Shown here piece after piece: positions 26,934 to 35,287 of a stretch of DNA of 35,287 nt. The DNA is from Candidatus Heimdallarchaeota archaeon (lineage in GTDB: Archaea > Asgardarchaeota > Heimdallarchaeia > Hodarchaeales > Hodarchaeaceae). The translations under genes were made by a program, and so were the position numbers. The stretch's first letter is position 1, and the number at the start of each line of letters is the position of its first letter. Location of the stretch: assembly GCA_048881705.1 (NCBI GenBank), contig JBHLSH010000038.1:1-35287 (forward strand). The letters run 5' to 3'. Under the pieces are notes generated by a model. It was given only the letters and a program-made list of their open reading frames with translations, was not told the DNA's origin and ran no database searches.

Positions 26934-28085
26934 TTAAAGACCAAGCTTTGAGTCGAGATGAGAAGAAAAAGTTAGGTAAACCCCTAATCTTTGCGCTTCT
27001 TCTTTGAGGTGTTTCAACCGCCTAGTCGGCTTGCTTAGTCTTCCTCGGATGTTAATTCTAAACACAGCAGCAAATTCTGCTGGATTTTTACTTCGTATCT
27101 CTTCTAGTCTGGCTAGAGCATCCCTTGCCTCATTTAGATAGCTCCGAAGAGGTGAAGATAGAAGATCCCACTTCTGATATAATATGGGTGTTGCATCAAC
27201 TTGTTGAAAATTAAAACGGGCGTCCTCACTAGTTATTTCCCCGATAACATATCCTTTGGGTTCATTTCTCTCTTGAAGTGAAACGCGATCTGGGCTGCCC
27301 GAATAACACACGATGGTTCCAACGTTAAAAATTGTTTTTTCTTCAATTGACGACCGCCAGGTTCTTGAATCATAATCTTGTAGTATTTTTCTAACTCCAT
27401 TGCTGGATCTGGCACGGCCTGAATCCTTATACACAACCTGATACCTATGGACATGACCAGAGGCTATATAATGGTAATTTTGAGGTATTTGAGAAAACCC
27501 AATAACATTCTTTCCTGTTCTAAACGTATAGTTTTCTACTTGAGATCCCTCAAAAAGCTGATGTGTTGCTAATATGTTATAATCAATCTTGTTAGAGCCC
27601 GTGGTTGACAGGAAATTATCCTGGGCCTTTTGAACTACGCGATTAAACAAGCTCGGAGCTTCTTCACGAATATAGGGGTGACCTGTGATTTTTACGGTAA
27701 GTCCCTTTTTTCTATAAAGGAAGGAACAGGGTTTTACAAATAAATAAATATTTTCATGAAAACTAATAAGACCTACGGGCAGTTTTCCTCGTTCATGATT
27801 ACCAGCAACAATATAAACAGGAACCCCATTTGAAGCTGCTCTTACAAAGGGTTCTACACCCCTCTTGACAACCTCTCCAGGTGGTTGGCTTCGGTTAAAA
27901 AAATCTCCAGAATGGATAATGAAATCCACCTGATGTTGGATTAGTGCTTCGTTAACAATTTTCTCTGTCTGTCGAAAGAAACGTTCTCCATAGGCGCGGC
28001 GTTGCAGATTTTTGGGATTAATCGCATAATGGGCACCGAAATGGGTATCTGCGATATGCAGAAATTTAACTGAGTCTTCCTTCAT
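26934..28085 (-). CDS. SbcD/Mre11-like DNA repair nuclease (metallophosphoesterase)
   Basis: HIADTHFG; HSGDFFN; GNHE; THQ; ASGHVH; YSGSP...E...KGY. Confidence 0.88.
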   Translation of the reverse strand: MKEDSVKFLHIADTHFGAHYAINPKNLQRRAYGERFFRQTEKIVNEALIQHQVDFIIHSGDFFNRSQPPGEVVKRGVEPFVRAASNGVPVYIVAGNHERGKLPVGLISFHENIYLFVKPCSFLYRKKGLTVKITGHPYIREEAPSLFNRVVQKAQDNFLSTTGSNKIDYNILATHQLFEGSQVENYTFRTGKNVIGFSQIPQNYHYIASGHVHRYQVVYKDSGRARSSNGVRKILQDYDSRTWRSSIEEKTIFNVGTIVCYSGSPDRVSLQERNEPKGYVIGEITSEDARFNFQQVDATPILYQKWDLLSSPLRSYLNEARDALARLEEIRSKNPAEFAAVFRINIRGRLSKPTRRLKHLKEEAQRLGVYLTFSSHLDSKLGL

Positions 28086-28362
28086 TTATGATTTTCCCAT
28101 TTAAGTCAATTTATCCCTTGGAAGAGGTCATAAATGTTTTCTACGTCCGCATTCTTAAAGAGATAGGATATTGGATCGCAATGGCCATAAACTGGAAATA
28201 AACTCCAGGAATCAATAATTTGGGTTCTATAAAAGATAATGTTATTCTAAAAACCGCGGGGGAGTAGGAGAACGAAGAAAGGTTTTCTCAGCTGGACCTT
28301 AATATTGACTTGGCAGTCATTTTTCTCGGATATAGTCTCCAAAAACTATCTTTTACCTGATT

Positions 28363-29880
28363 TCAGCCTTTAATTTCTCTGAAAATATCTTCAATTTCCT
28401 CTATGAACTTGTCCATTAGTTCCAGGGTAGTTCGCAGATTGAGTATACACACACGAATCGTTATCCTTCCCTTTAGTAATGTGCGGCTGACATAATACTT
28501 TTTCCTCTCTTGCAAGGCTCCCACAAGTTCCTTGTTTAATTGGTCTGTCCCTTTCCACCGGAAACAGACGATTCCTAATTTATCATCGGACATTAATTCC
28601 AAATTCGGGTGAACACGAACTCTCTGGCGTAAATAATCTGCAGCGAGGATATTTCGAGTAATGAGATTGCTCAAGCCGCTTTTACCATAACTACGAATAA
28701 GCATCCAAATCTTTAGTCCACGTAATTCTCTGGTAAGCGGAAATCCATAAGAACGGAAATTTCGCTGGAGAGGATATTCCGTCTCTAATTCGGAATCCTT
28801 GAGATACTCTGCACTTAATTCAAACGCGTTCCTGAGTTTTTCGCCATCACTTACGATCGCACATCCTGCTTCAAAAGGAGCGAACAACCATTTATGTGCA
28901 TCCAGTGCTATTGAATCAGCTAGCTGAATATCCGCTAAATCCCTTGCAACTTCGTGATTTGCAATGCGTGCAAAAGCTCCGTAAGCTCCGTCGATATGAA
29001 ACCAAAGCTCTTTTTCTCTGGCAAGCCTGGACAATCCTCTCAGATCATCGATAGCCCCAGTATTTGTTGTACCGGCCGTTCCAACTATTAGTGCTGGGAC
29101 TTTGTTACCTTCCATTTCATCTTTTTCAATGATTATCCGAGCCGTCTCCGCCGTCATTCGGAAGGATTCGTCAGTTTCAATTATTTGTACACTTCTCTGA
29201 CCAAGACCTAAGAGCATGGCCGATTTTAGAATACAGTTGTGACTTTGATCCGATGTATAAATCATCAACCGTTTGTTGCCATTAATCCCATCGTTCTTGA
29301 AATCCCATGGAGCCCTATCAACAAGGCCCGTATACATACAAGCAAGATTGGCACCTGATCCTCCAGTTGTAAAGCTTCCCCAGCTAGAATCATCAAGCTG
29401 CAGCATTTGAATAATCCATTTAATAGACAGACTTTCTATTGCAGTCCCTCCTGGTGATCCTATTACCGTTCCTACAAATTGATTGAAGAAAGGGGTTAAA
29501 GAGGCGCCAATCATGGCAGGCGGAGCAGGATCACCTGGGATGTAGGCAAAAAAGTGAGGATTGCCAACAGAAGGGAACCTGGGGATAGCGATGTTTCTCA
29601 AAAACTTAACTGTGGAATCCCAAGTTTCTGGACATTCGGGAAGGTTGGCGTCAAATAAATTATTTACTTCCTGGGGAGTTTCCGTACTGTAATGAGATTT
29701 GCTCGATTTGTGGTCAAGATATTCTCTTATTAGTGGAAGAAGAGATTCAATCCTCTTAGTCAACTCTTGTGATGAAATTAATTCTGGGCATTGTAGATTA
29801 TCGAATTCTTCACGGATTTTAAGTCTCGGATCCATCATTTCAACCATCGATACAATTTCTCCCTCTGAAAGGGGCATCAA
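28363..29880 (-). CDS. Group II PLP-dependent amino-acid decarboxylase
   Basis: FTTGGSGAN; SHNCI; GTAGTTNTGAIDD; HIDGAYG; DAHKWL (PLP Lys); VCFR. Confidence 0.93.
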   Translation of the reverse strand: MMPLSEGEIVSMVEMMDPRLKIREEFDNLQCPELISSQELTKRIESLLPLIREYLDHKSSKSHYSTETPQEVNNLFDANLPECPETWDSTVKFLRNIAIPRFPSVGNPHFFAYIPGDPAPPAMIGASLTPFFNQFVGTVIGSPGGTAIESLSIKWIIQMLQLDDSSWGSFTTGGSGANLACMYTGLVDRAPWDFKNDGINGNKRLMIYTSDQSHNCILKSAMLLGLGQRSVQIIETDESFRMTAETARIIIEKDEMEGNKVPALIVGTAGTTNTGAIDDLRGLSRLAREKELWFHIDGAYGAFARIANHEVARDLADIQLADSIALDAHKWLFAPFEAGCAIVSDGEKLRNAFELSAEYLKDSELETEYPLQRNFRSYGFPLTRELRGLKIWMLIRSYGKSGLSNLITRNILAADYLRQRVRVHPNLELMSDDKLGIVCFRWKGTDQLNKELVGALQERKKYYVSRTLLKGRITIRVCILNLRTTLELMDKFIEEIEDIFREIKG

Positions 29881-29982
29881 ATTTAGAATATTGTATCACG
29901 GTTATTTCTTGTGATATCTATATATCAATTTCACCGAATCGCTCAAAAAATGCATTTCAATGAGAATAGATCTGTTAGATAG

Positions 29983-30651
29983 GTGTTTTTCGTGCGAAAG
30001 TTTGGGCCCGCAACTTTTAGAGACAATGCAGTTTTAAATGAGCACTTTGCTTCCAATGGGCCTCTCGTTGCTAGAGGTAGTCTCAGTGGATTATCTATTC
30101 GAGTTAATGGACCCGTAAAAGTTGGATCCAATTTAGAAATAACAGAGCGTCTTAGGGTAAACGGACCATGCACTATTGGCGGTAGCTTGAAATCTTCCGA
30201 TGAAGCGCATGTCAAAATCAATGGGCCGCTATTCGTTGAAGGAGGTGTCCAAGGGGGATCCTTTAGAGTGAATGGGCCATTTAAAGCTGACTCTGCCAAT
30301 GTTTTTGCCATATACGTTCATGGCACTATCGATATTCGAGCTGATCTTACCGCAGCTGACGAAATATCTATTGTACTGGGCCATGCGAAATCGAAGAAGA
30401 GAATCCGGATAGGAGGAATAATTTCAGCTCCTTATGTCTATATAAAGGATCCCGGGTCTGTCGTCGACCTCATTCCTGGCCTAAGAACCATGAAAAGGCT
30501 GCTAAGGAGGAATTTTTTTCCCAAATCCAAATTTAAGCTGAGGAACCTGCAAATAAAAACGGATTTCCTAGTCCTAGAAGATGTAGAATTGGTAGAGAGC
30601 AAGATCGATGCGAAGCAGATTGAAAACCGTGATCGAGAGTACCAAGATTAA
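29983..30651 (+). CDS. Beta-helix repeat protein, bactofilin/polymer-forming-like
   Basis: Five (V/I/S)NGP repeats spaced 17-20 aa apart plus a degenerate VHGT, with alternating hydrophobic strands. Confidence 0.7.
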   Translation: MFFVRKFGPATFRDNAVLNEHFASNGPLVARGSLSGLSIRVNGPVKVGSNLEITERLRVNGPCTIGGSLKSSDEAHVKINGPLFVEGGVQGGSFRVNGPFKADSANVFAIYVHGTIDIRADLTAADEISIVLGHAKSKKRIRIGGIISAPYVYIKDPGSVVDLIPGLRTMKRLLRRNFFPKSKFKLRNLQIKTDFLVLEDVELVESKIDAKQIENRDREYQD

Positions 30652-30852
30652 ATCTTATGAAATCGGCGGGCTCAAGATTTTCTGTAGAAAAAACCCCCCT
30701 CCAGCCTTGAAATTAGCCTTGAAACCGAAATTTCCTTTCAAACTTCGAAATATTCTTTTCACCACCTCTCTCATTTCTTGCATAAACCAATGAAAGTTTA
30801 AACATTTTTTAAAGTAGCAATTACAAAACCATCATAGGGTAAGTTACCGAAT

Positions 30853-33800
30853 ATGAAGAAACCAGTAATGGGCGGTTCAGGCCGAGTAACTTCGAGAAAT
30901 CAAGATCCCTCATATATTAGAAAGGTTATAAAGCATCTTGGAACAAGGAGAAGACAGTTAGGATCTGCTATAGTTTTAGCCGGAAGGAATGCCACCCGTT
31001 CTAAGTACAGAAGCACTCTATTAATACTAGGGATCACATTTACAATAGCCCTTGAAACTGGCATTGTAGTTTCGGTAGATACATTATATGATGATTTTAT
31101 CTACGACAATAGGAATCAAAACTTTACAGATATAACGGTTATCCCCAAAGAATGGTCCGATCTATCAACATTGCGGTCAGTCTCTGCCGATATCCAGACG
31201 ATAACAGGGATCACTAGGGCCAGCCCCGTTTATACCGTTAATGTTGATCGTCTCATCAAGGAAAGACTCCCAGAAGCAAATATCATAGTTTACGGTATTG
31301 ATCCTTTAGAGCATCCCGATATTACAACATTTAGCATAACGGAGGGTGAGAGAAAAGCCACTGGAACTAATGTCATTATATCGCAAACCCTTCTTTCAGA
31401 ATCTGGATTGAATATCGGTGACGCTGTTGAGGCCGCAGATTTTGATCTCGAGCTCGCAGTAGACCTTAAACCAAGGAGCTTCACAATCAGCGGAGCGATT
31501 GCTGATCCCTCATTCTTTGGAAACAACGTTGGATATCTCTTCATCCTCATGGATATACAGGAATTAATAGATGTTGTACCAGAAAATGAAAGATCTAACA
31601 TCCTAAAGGCAAAAATCGACATTTCAGTTCAAAATCTATTAGATATTAAACCTGTGGTGGAACAAATCAAGGATCACATAGGAAACGATTACTTGGTTTG
31701 GACGGGAAAAAATGTTCCAGATACTCAAGCAAATGGAATACGTGCATATCAAACAGCAATGAGCTTAGTAATTCTTGCTTCATTTGTTGTGGAGTTCCTA
31801 TTTATTACGAATATACTGGCAATAGCGATTCGGGAGAGATCAAGTGAGTTTGGGATATTTCGTGCTGTGGGAAGTGGATCCAGGTTCTTGATTCTGGCCT
31901 TGACAATCGAATTATTGATGTATTCGGTCATTGGAAGTACCGTAGGTCTGTTTAGTGGAATTACGCTTGCGGTGCTTCTTACACTAAGAATGCAGAGTTT
32001 TTACCCTAGTCTGAGCATTCAGTCGCTCTCCATCCACTCAAGCTCTCTGTTTGCCGCGATTTCGTCAGGAATAGTTGTATCACTTATTTCGGGCTTATAC
32101 CCCATCTTTATTGTTTTAACAATGCCCGTGATTCAGAATATTCACTCCCGCATGCGTAGGAAGAGAAGTACAAAGGAAATTATAACTCATTGGCAATATT
32201 CAGTTACAACAGGAATTCTTCTGACGGTTTCTGGATTAATACTACAATTATTCGTTGGTCCTTCTCCGTTCCTCGAGTTTCGTTTCTTATCTTTCCAGTT
32301 TTTAACTGTGTTATTAATTTTCATTGGTATACTTTTCATTGAAATCGGGATACTTGTTTTTCTCCCAAAAATCACGTCTGGGTTTTTTGCTCCTGTCTTT
32401 GGCAAGATTGTGACCATAATTTCTCAAAGGAATATTGCTAGAGAGTTCCAGAAGTCACTGTTAACCATCATATCTTCCGCGCTGGCTTTAACTTTCATTA
32501 TTGTTGTTGGAGTAGTATCTGCAGCCATTGTTGATGGCGTTCCTCTATTCTTCAAGGAGCAATGGGGCGATGTTGATTTGGTAGCGGAAGCGCCTGATAA
32601 CCAACTCCCTGATCGTAATCTAACTGATAGTCTTGAACAAAATTCAGCCATATTAAGGTCTTCATTTATACAAGAAGAGCGTACTGACATAAAAGGAGTC
32701 AATAGTTATATTTATGGGGTAGATCCGGCGAAGTATACTTATTTTGCGGAAGATGTTATAGAATCTATATTTAACTATACATATCCTTCTCCGTTATTCC
32801 TATCAAGAAACGATGCCGTTTTTGGGCTTGTTTCCGATCTGTTATATCAAAGGTTGTTTAGTCCGGTTGGTTCAGACCTCACCATTCGCACGTCTGATAA
32901 TACGACTGTGAATATCACGCTCGGCGCCGTTGTCAAATCAAATGTTTTTCTAGGAAACGGTGAATATCTTTACATATCAGCAGCAAGATTTCAGGAATTC
33001 TTCAATTCAACGGCAGCAAAATGGTTTGTTTGCGATTTAAATGAAGAGATTGAATCTGCTCAGGCAATTATTGAAACTGAATTCCCCTTTTTTCAGGAAA
33101 TTTTGGGGATAGACTTTTTTGTAGATATAATTGAGGAGAGTTTAGTACTTCAATCTTCAATGTTTCAGATTTTGTTTTTTGAATCTTTCATCCTGGCTGC
33201 AATAACTCAGTTTGTTTCGATATTGATTTCCACATTGCATATGGAGCGAGAAGTAGGGATTATGCGCGCCCTAGGATTATCGAAACGTGGGGTCTTTAAT
33301 ATTTTCATGTTTGAAGCAGTTGTTATCGGCCTTTCAGCCCTTACCCTGGGAGTTTTTGACGGATTAGTGGGTTCCGTTCTGCTTTCATGGTATATCAGCC
33401 TATCCATCCCCATCAGAATCGAATTTCCGCTCGAACAGATTATTACGTGGGCAGTTTTCTCCTTTTTAATTACCCTAGGTAGTACTTTTTTGCCTTCTTA
33501 CCGTTCTAGCAGCAAAAAAATCATTGATACAATATCTGGGAGGCCCATTACTCGATTAACTGAAGAGGGCCCGCCATATCCGCAGGTTTTCTATTCCTAT
33601 TGGTTACACTCCTCGACAAGAGACGAACTAAACTTGAATTTCGATGTACAAGACAATCCCGTTGCAGCTCACGAAGAAATTAAAAAAATGGAGCCACATT
33701 CTTCTGTATCAACATGGCAATTCATTAGGAACCATCTGTTTCAGATTAGAACAATATTTCTAATATTGCTGGGATTCTTCACCTTTAATTATATCCTAGA

Positions 33801-34629
33801 GGGGTTCCTGATTCCTCAGGGATTGATTGCTTTTGACTGGATTTCTCGAATCTACCTTTCGATTTTACCTTTCAATGTTTTATATGATCAATATTTGGTG
33901 AACTTCTATTATTTCGTTAATCCTTATCTCTTTTTCATTGGTTTATCAATTATCGGACCAATTGCATACTATTTCGCGCATAAAAACGCTCCACCTAATC
34001 TGTTCCGACTCCTATTAAGCGGAATATTCTGGGGGATTATTGGATGCATACTTTCTGCTGTCATTCCATTTCTAATATTGGCTGCCTTAATAATTGTAGT
34101 TGCCCCTATATCATTATATGTTATCAATGTCTCCGCTGATAACCCTTTGTTCACGGTCCCCATACTCATTTCCGTTGTAATCTTCGGAGCTGAATTATTA
34201 CTTTTTCAGAAGGTTTGGGCGTATTTGGTGTTCGAAGGAATTAGTTCAGGAATGCCTCTGGAGGAAAAATTCCAGTGGTTAAGAGAATTAGGAGCCCAAG
34301 GTCAAATAAAATTTGCTGGATTGTTACTCCTTCATCAAATTCTACAGGCTTTGTTGATTTCCTTTTTCCAACCGTTGCTTGATCCCTTGAAATCCGCTGA
34401 ACCTATCCCCTTTCTTTCACCGTTTTCGCAATTGCCTACAAATCCCATTGTCTTTATATTCCTCGCATCATTTGAAATTATATTTTTCCTTTCTCTGATT
34501 TTATACCAAATCCTCCAGTTTCAACAGTTGTCTTATCGATTTCCCCCAACAGCCATTGTCAAGAGAAGGAAGATGCCAGAACAGTCATTTGAAGACCGAA
34601 ATGTAAATGGTCTTTTACTCTCAGAATAG
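30853..34629 (+). CDS. ABC permease, double MacB-PCD/FtsX type, with extra C-terminal multi-TM domain
   Basis: AIRERSSEFGIFRAVG and HMEREVGIMRALG FtsX motifs; two extracytoplasmic domains; about 360 extra aa after aa ~896. Confidence 0.9.
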   Translation: MKKPVMGGSGRVTSRNQDPSYIRKVIKHLGTRRRQLGSAIVLAGRNATRSKYRSTLLILGITFTIALETGIVVSVDTLYDDFIYDNRNQNFTDITVIPKEWSDLSTLRSVSADIQTITGITRASPVYTVNVDRLIKERLPEANIIVYGIDPLEHPDITTFSITEGERKATGTNVIISQTLLSESGLNIGDAVEAADFDLELAVDLKPRSFTISGAIADPSFFGNNVGYLFILMDIQELIDVVPENERSNILKAKIDISVQNLLDIKPVVEQIKDHIGNDYLVWTGKNVPDTQANGIRAYQTAMSLVILASFVVEFLFITNILAIAIRERSSEFGIFRAVGSGSRFLILALTIELLMYSVIGSTVGLFSGITLAVLLTLRMQSFYPSLSIQSLSIHSSSLFAAISSGIVVSLISGLYPIFIVLTMPVIQNIHSRMRRKRSTKEIITHWQYSVTTGILLTVSGLILQLFVGPSPFLEFRFLSFQFLTVLLIFIGILFIEIGILVFLPKITSGFFAPVFGKIVTIISQRNIAREFQKSLLTIISSALALTFIIVVGVVSAAIVDGVPLFFKEQWGDVDLVAEAPDNQLPDRNLTDSLEQNSAILRSSFIQEERTDIKGVNSYIYGVDPAKYTYFAEDVIESIFNYTYPSPLFLSRNDAVFGLVSDLLYQRLFSPVGSDLTIRTSDNTTVNITLGAVVKSNVFLGNGEYLYISAARFQEFFNSTAAKWFVCDLNEEIESAQAIIETEFPFFQEILGIDFFVDIIEESLVLQSSMFQILFFESFILAAITQFVSILISTLHMEREVGIMRALGLSKRGVFNIFMFEAVVIGLSALTLGVFDGLVGSVLLSWYISLSIPIRIEFPLEQIITWAVFSFLITLGSTFLPSYRSSSKKIIDTISGRPITRLTEEGPPYPQVFYSYWLHSSTRDELNLNFDVQDNPVAAHEEIKKMEPHSSVSTWQFIRNHLFQIRTIFLILLGFFTFNYILEGFLIPQGLIAFDWISRIYLSILPFNVLYDQYLVNFYYFVNPYLFFIGLSIIGPIAYYFAHKNAPPNLFRLLLSGIFWGIIGCILSAVIPFLILAALIIVVAPISLYVINVSADNPLFTVPILISVVIFGAELLLFQKVWAYLVFEGISSGMPLEEKFQWLRELGAQGQIKFAGLLLLHQILQALLISFFQPLLDPLKSAEPIPFLSPFSQLPTNPIVFIFLASFEIIFFLSLILYQILQFQQLSYRFPPTAIVKRRKMPEQSFEDRNVNGLLLSE

Positions 34630-34905
34630 AGACACCATTGAGATTTCAGTGGTCTATCAACCGTTCGAAAAGGGTTTGTTTTTTGAAAAAGAGAATCTCT
34701 TGGAGCATCAATATCCAAGAAAGCTGTTTAATAAAGCTTACCAACCATTTCTACCGATCTTTCCGATAGGAATCGATGTTGGAATGGCTTCTCTATGACC
34801 TTGCGGTCCTATTTTAAGTTACGGATTTTGATTCTGAACGTCCTTGAAAAATCAGTCCATGCCGTCAGATCGTTTATGACGAGTAACAACTGAATTTAAA
34901 GGTAT

Positions 34906-34927
34906 CATCAACTAACCATCAACTAAC
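34906..34927 (+). repeat. 11-nt tandem direct repeat (CATCAACTAAC x2)
   Basis: Perfect copies at 34906-34916 and 34917-34927, just upstream of a TATA-like box. Confidence 0.8.
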
Positions 34928-34937
34928 CTTCCGTAGC

Positions 34938-34945
34938 TTATAAAA
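34938..34945 (+). promoter_or_regulatory. TATA-like box for the solute-binding protein gene
   Basis: TTATAAAA; predicts a TSS near 34965-34970; AGGAGA SD-like motif at 35049-35054. Confidence 0.5.
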
Positions 34946-35060
34946 AGGACCCCCTACAAGTTGAGCAGGATGGCATAGATAAGCATTTATGCCATTTGAC
35001 TGTGATATTTTAGTCAAATTAAGTGTCACAGTAAGTAAAAATAGATATAGGAGATACTAA

Positions 35061-35287
35061 ATGAAAAAAATAAAAACCGTGACTGCGATTGGTTTTTTCT
35101 TACTACTTGTAGTCATGAGTTCTAGTACCGCCACTATCACCGCTCAAGCCCCCACTTCATCAATGTGGGCATCTGAATATACCCATCACGGGGGTTACGT
35201 GGATGAGCTCTGGTGGCGTGTCTATGGCAGTGGCGAAACTGCTCAAGCCATGCTAGCCCTCGAATCTGGCGAGATCGACGCCCACTC
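35061..35287 (+). CDS. ABC transporter solute-binding protein, family 5-like (3'-truncated; missing from the ORF track)
   Basis: My translation: MKKIKTVTAIGFFLLLVVMSSSTATITAQAPTSSMWASEYTHHGGYVDELWWRVYGSGETAQAMLALESGEIDAH. It has a signal peptide and an AL.SGEID motif, and stays open to the window end. Confidence 0.7.
   Translation, partial: MKKIKTVTAIGFFLLLVVMSSSTATITAQAPTSSMWASEYTHHGGYVDELWWRVYGSGETAQAMLALESGEIDAH

Noticed and set aside
134-34798. The many 60-130 aa ORFs nested in or antisense to longer genes (e.g. 134..337, 5854..6210, 6872..7261, 24388..24654, 29943..30311, 31290..31622)
   Set aside because: They overlap well-supported CDS and show no motifs, so I treat them as shadow ORFs.
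1-35287. tRNA, rRNA, CRISPR arrays, transposases, integrases
   Set aside because: I saw no T-loop/cloverleaf, regularly spaced repeats or mobile-element motifs by eye. tRNAscan-SE, Infernal and CRISPR finders were not run.

Overview
AT-rich, densely coded prokaryotic window with about 29 credible CDS, two of them cut by the window edges. I saw no rRNA, tRNA, CRISPR array or mobile element. The source is most likely an Asgard archaeon (inference). Support: a Rab-like GTPase, a 1.5-kaa sequon-rich single-pass protein with a cytoplasmic longin/roadblock-like domain, and archaeal TATA-like boxes about 25 nt before start codons. Gene order: a fumarylacetoacetase operon, assorted hydrolases, TauE, an MBL hydrolase, SufS, then a minus-strand three-gene unit. 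That unit is the most striking item: a radical SAM enzyme, a class I SAM-methyltransferase fused to an HgcA-like corrinoid/5-TM protein with a variant cap helix (NVWCAAGGKHF), and an HgcB-like 2x[4Fe-4S] ferredoxin. It looks like a non-canonical corrinoid-dependent methylation system with an unknown substrate. After it come the Rab-like GTPase, two surface proteins sharing one domain, an SDR, a MoxR/VWA pair, a cupin, an Mre11/SbcD-like nuclease, a PLP decarboxylase, a bactofilin-like repeat protein, an extended FtsX/MacB permease and the start of an ABC solute-binding protein with a structured leader. All family assignments come from motif recognition by eye; no database search was run.
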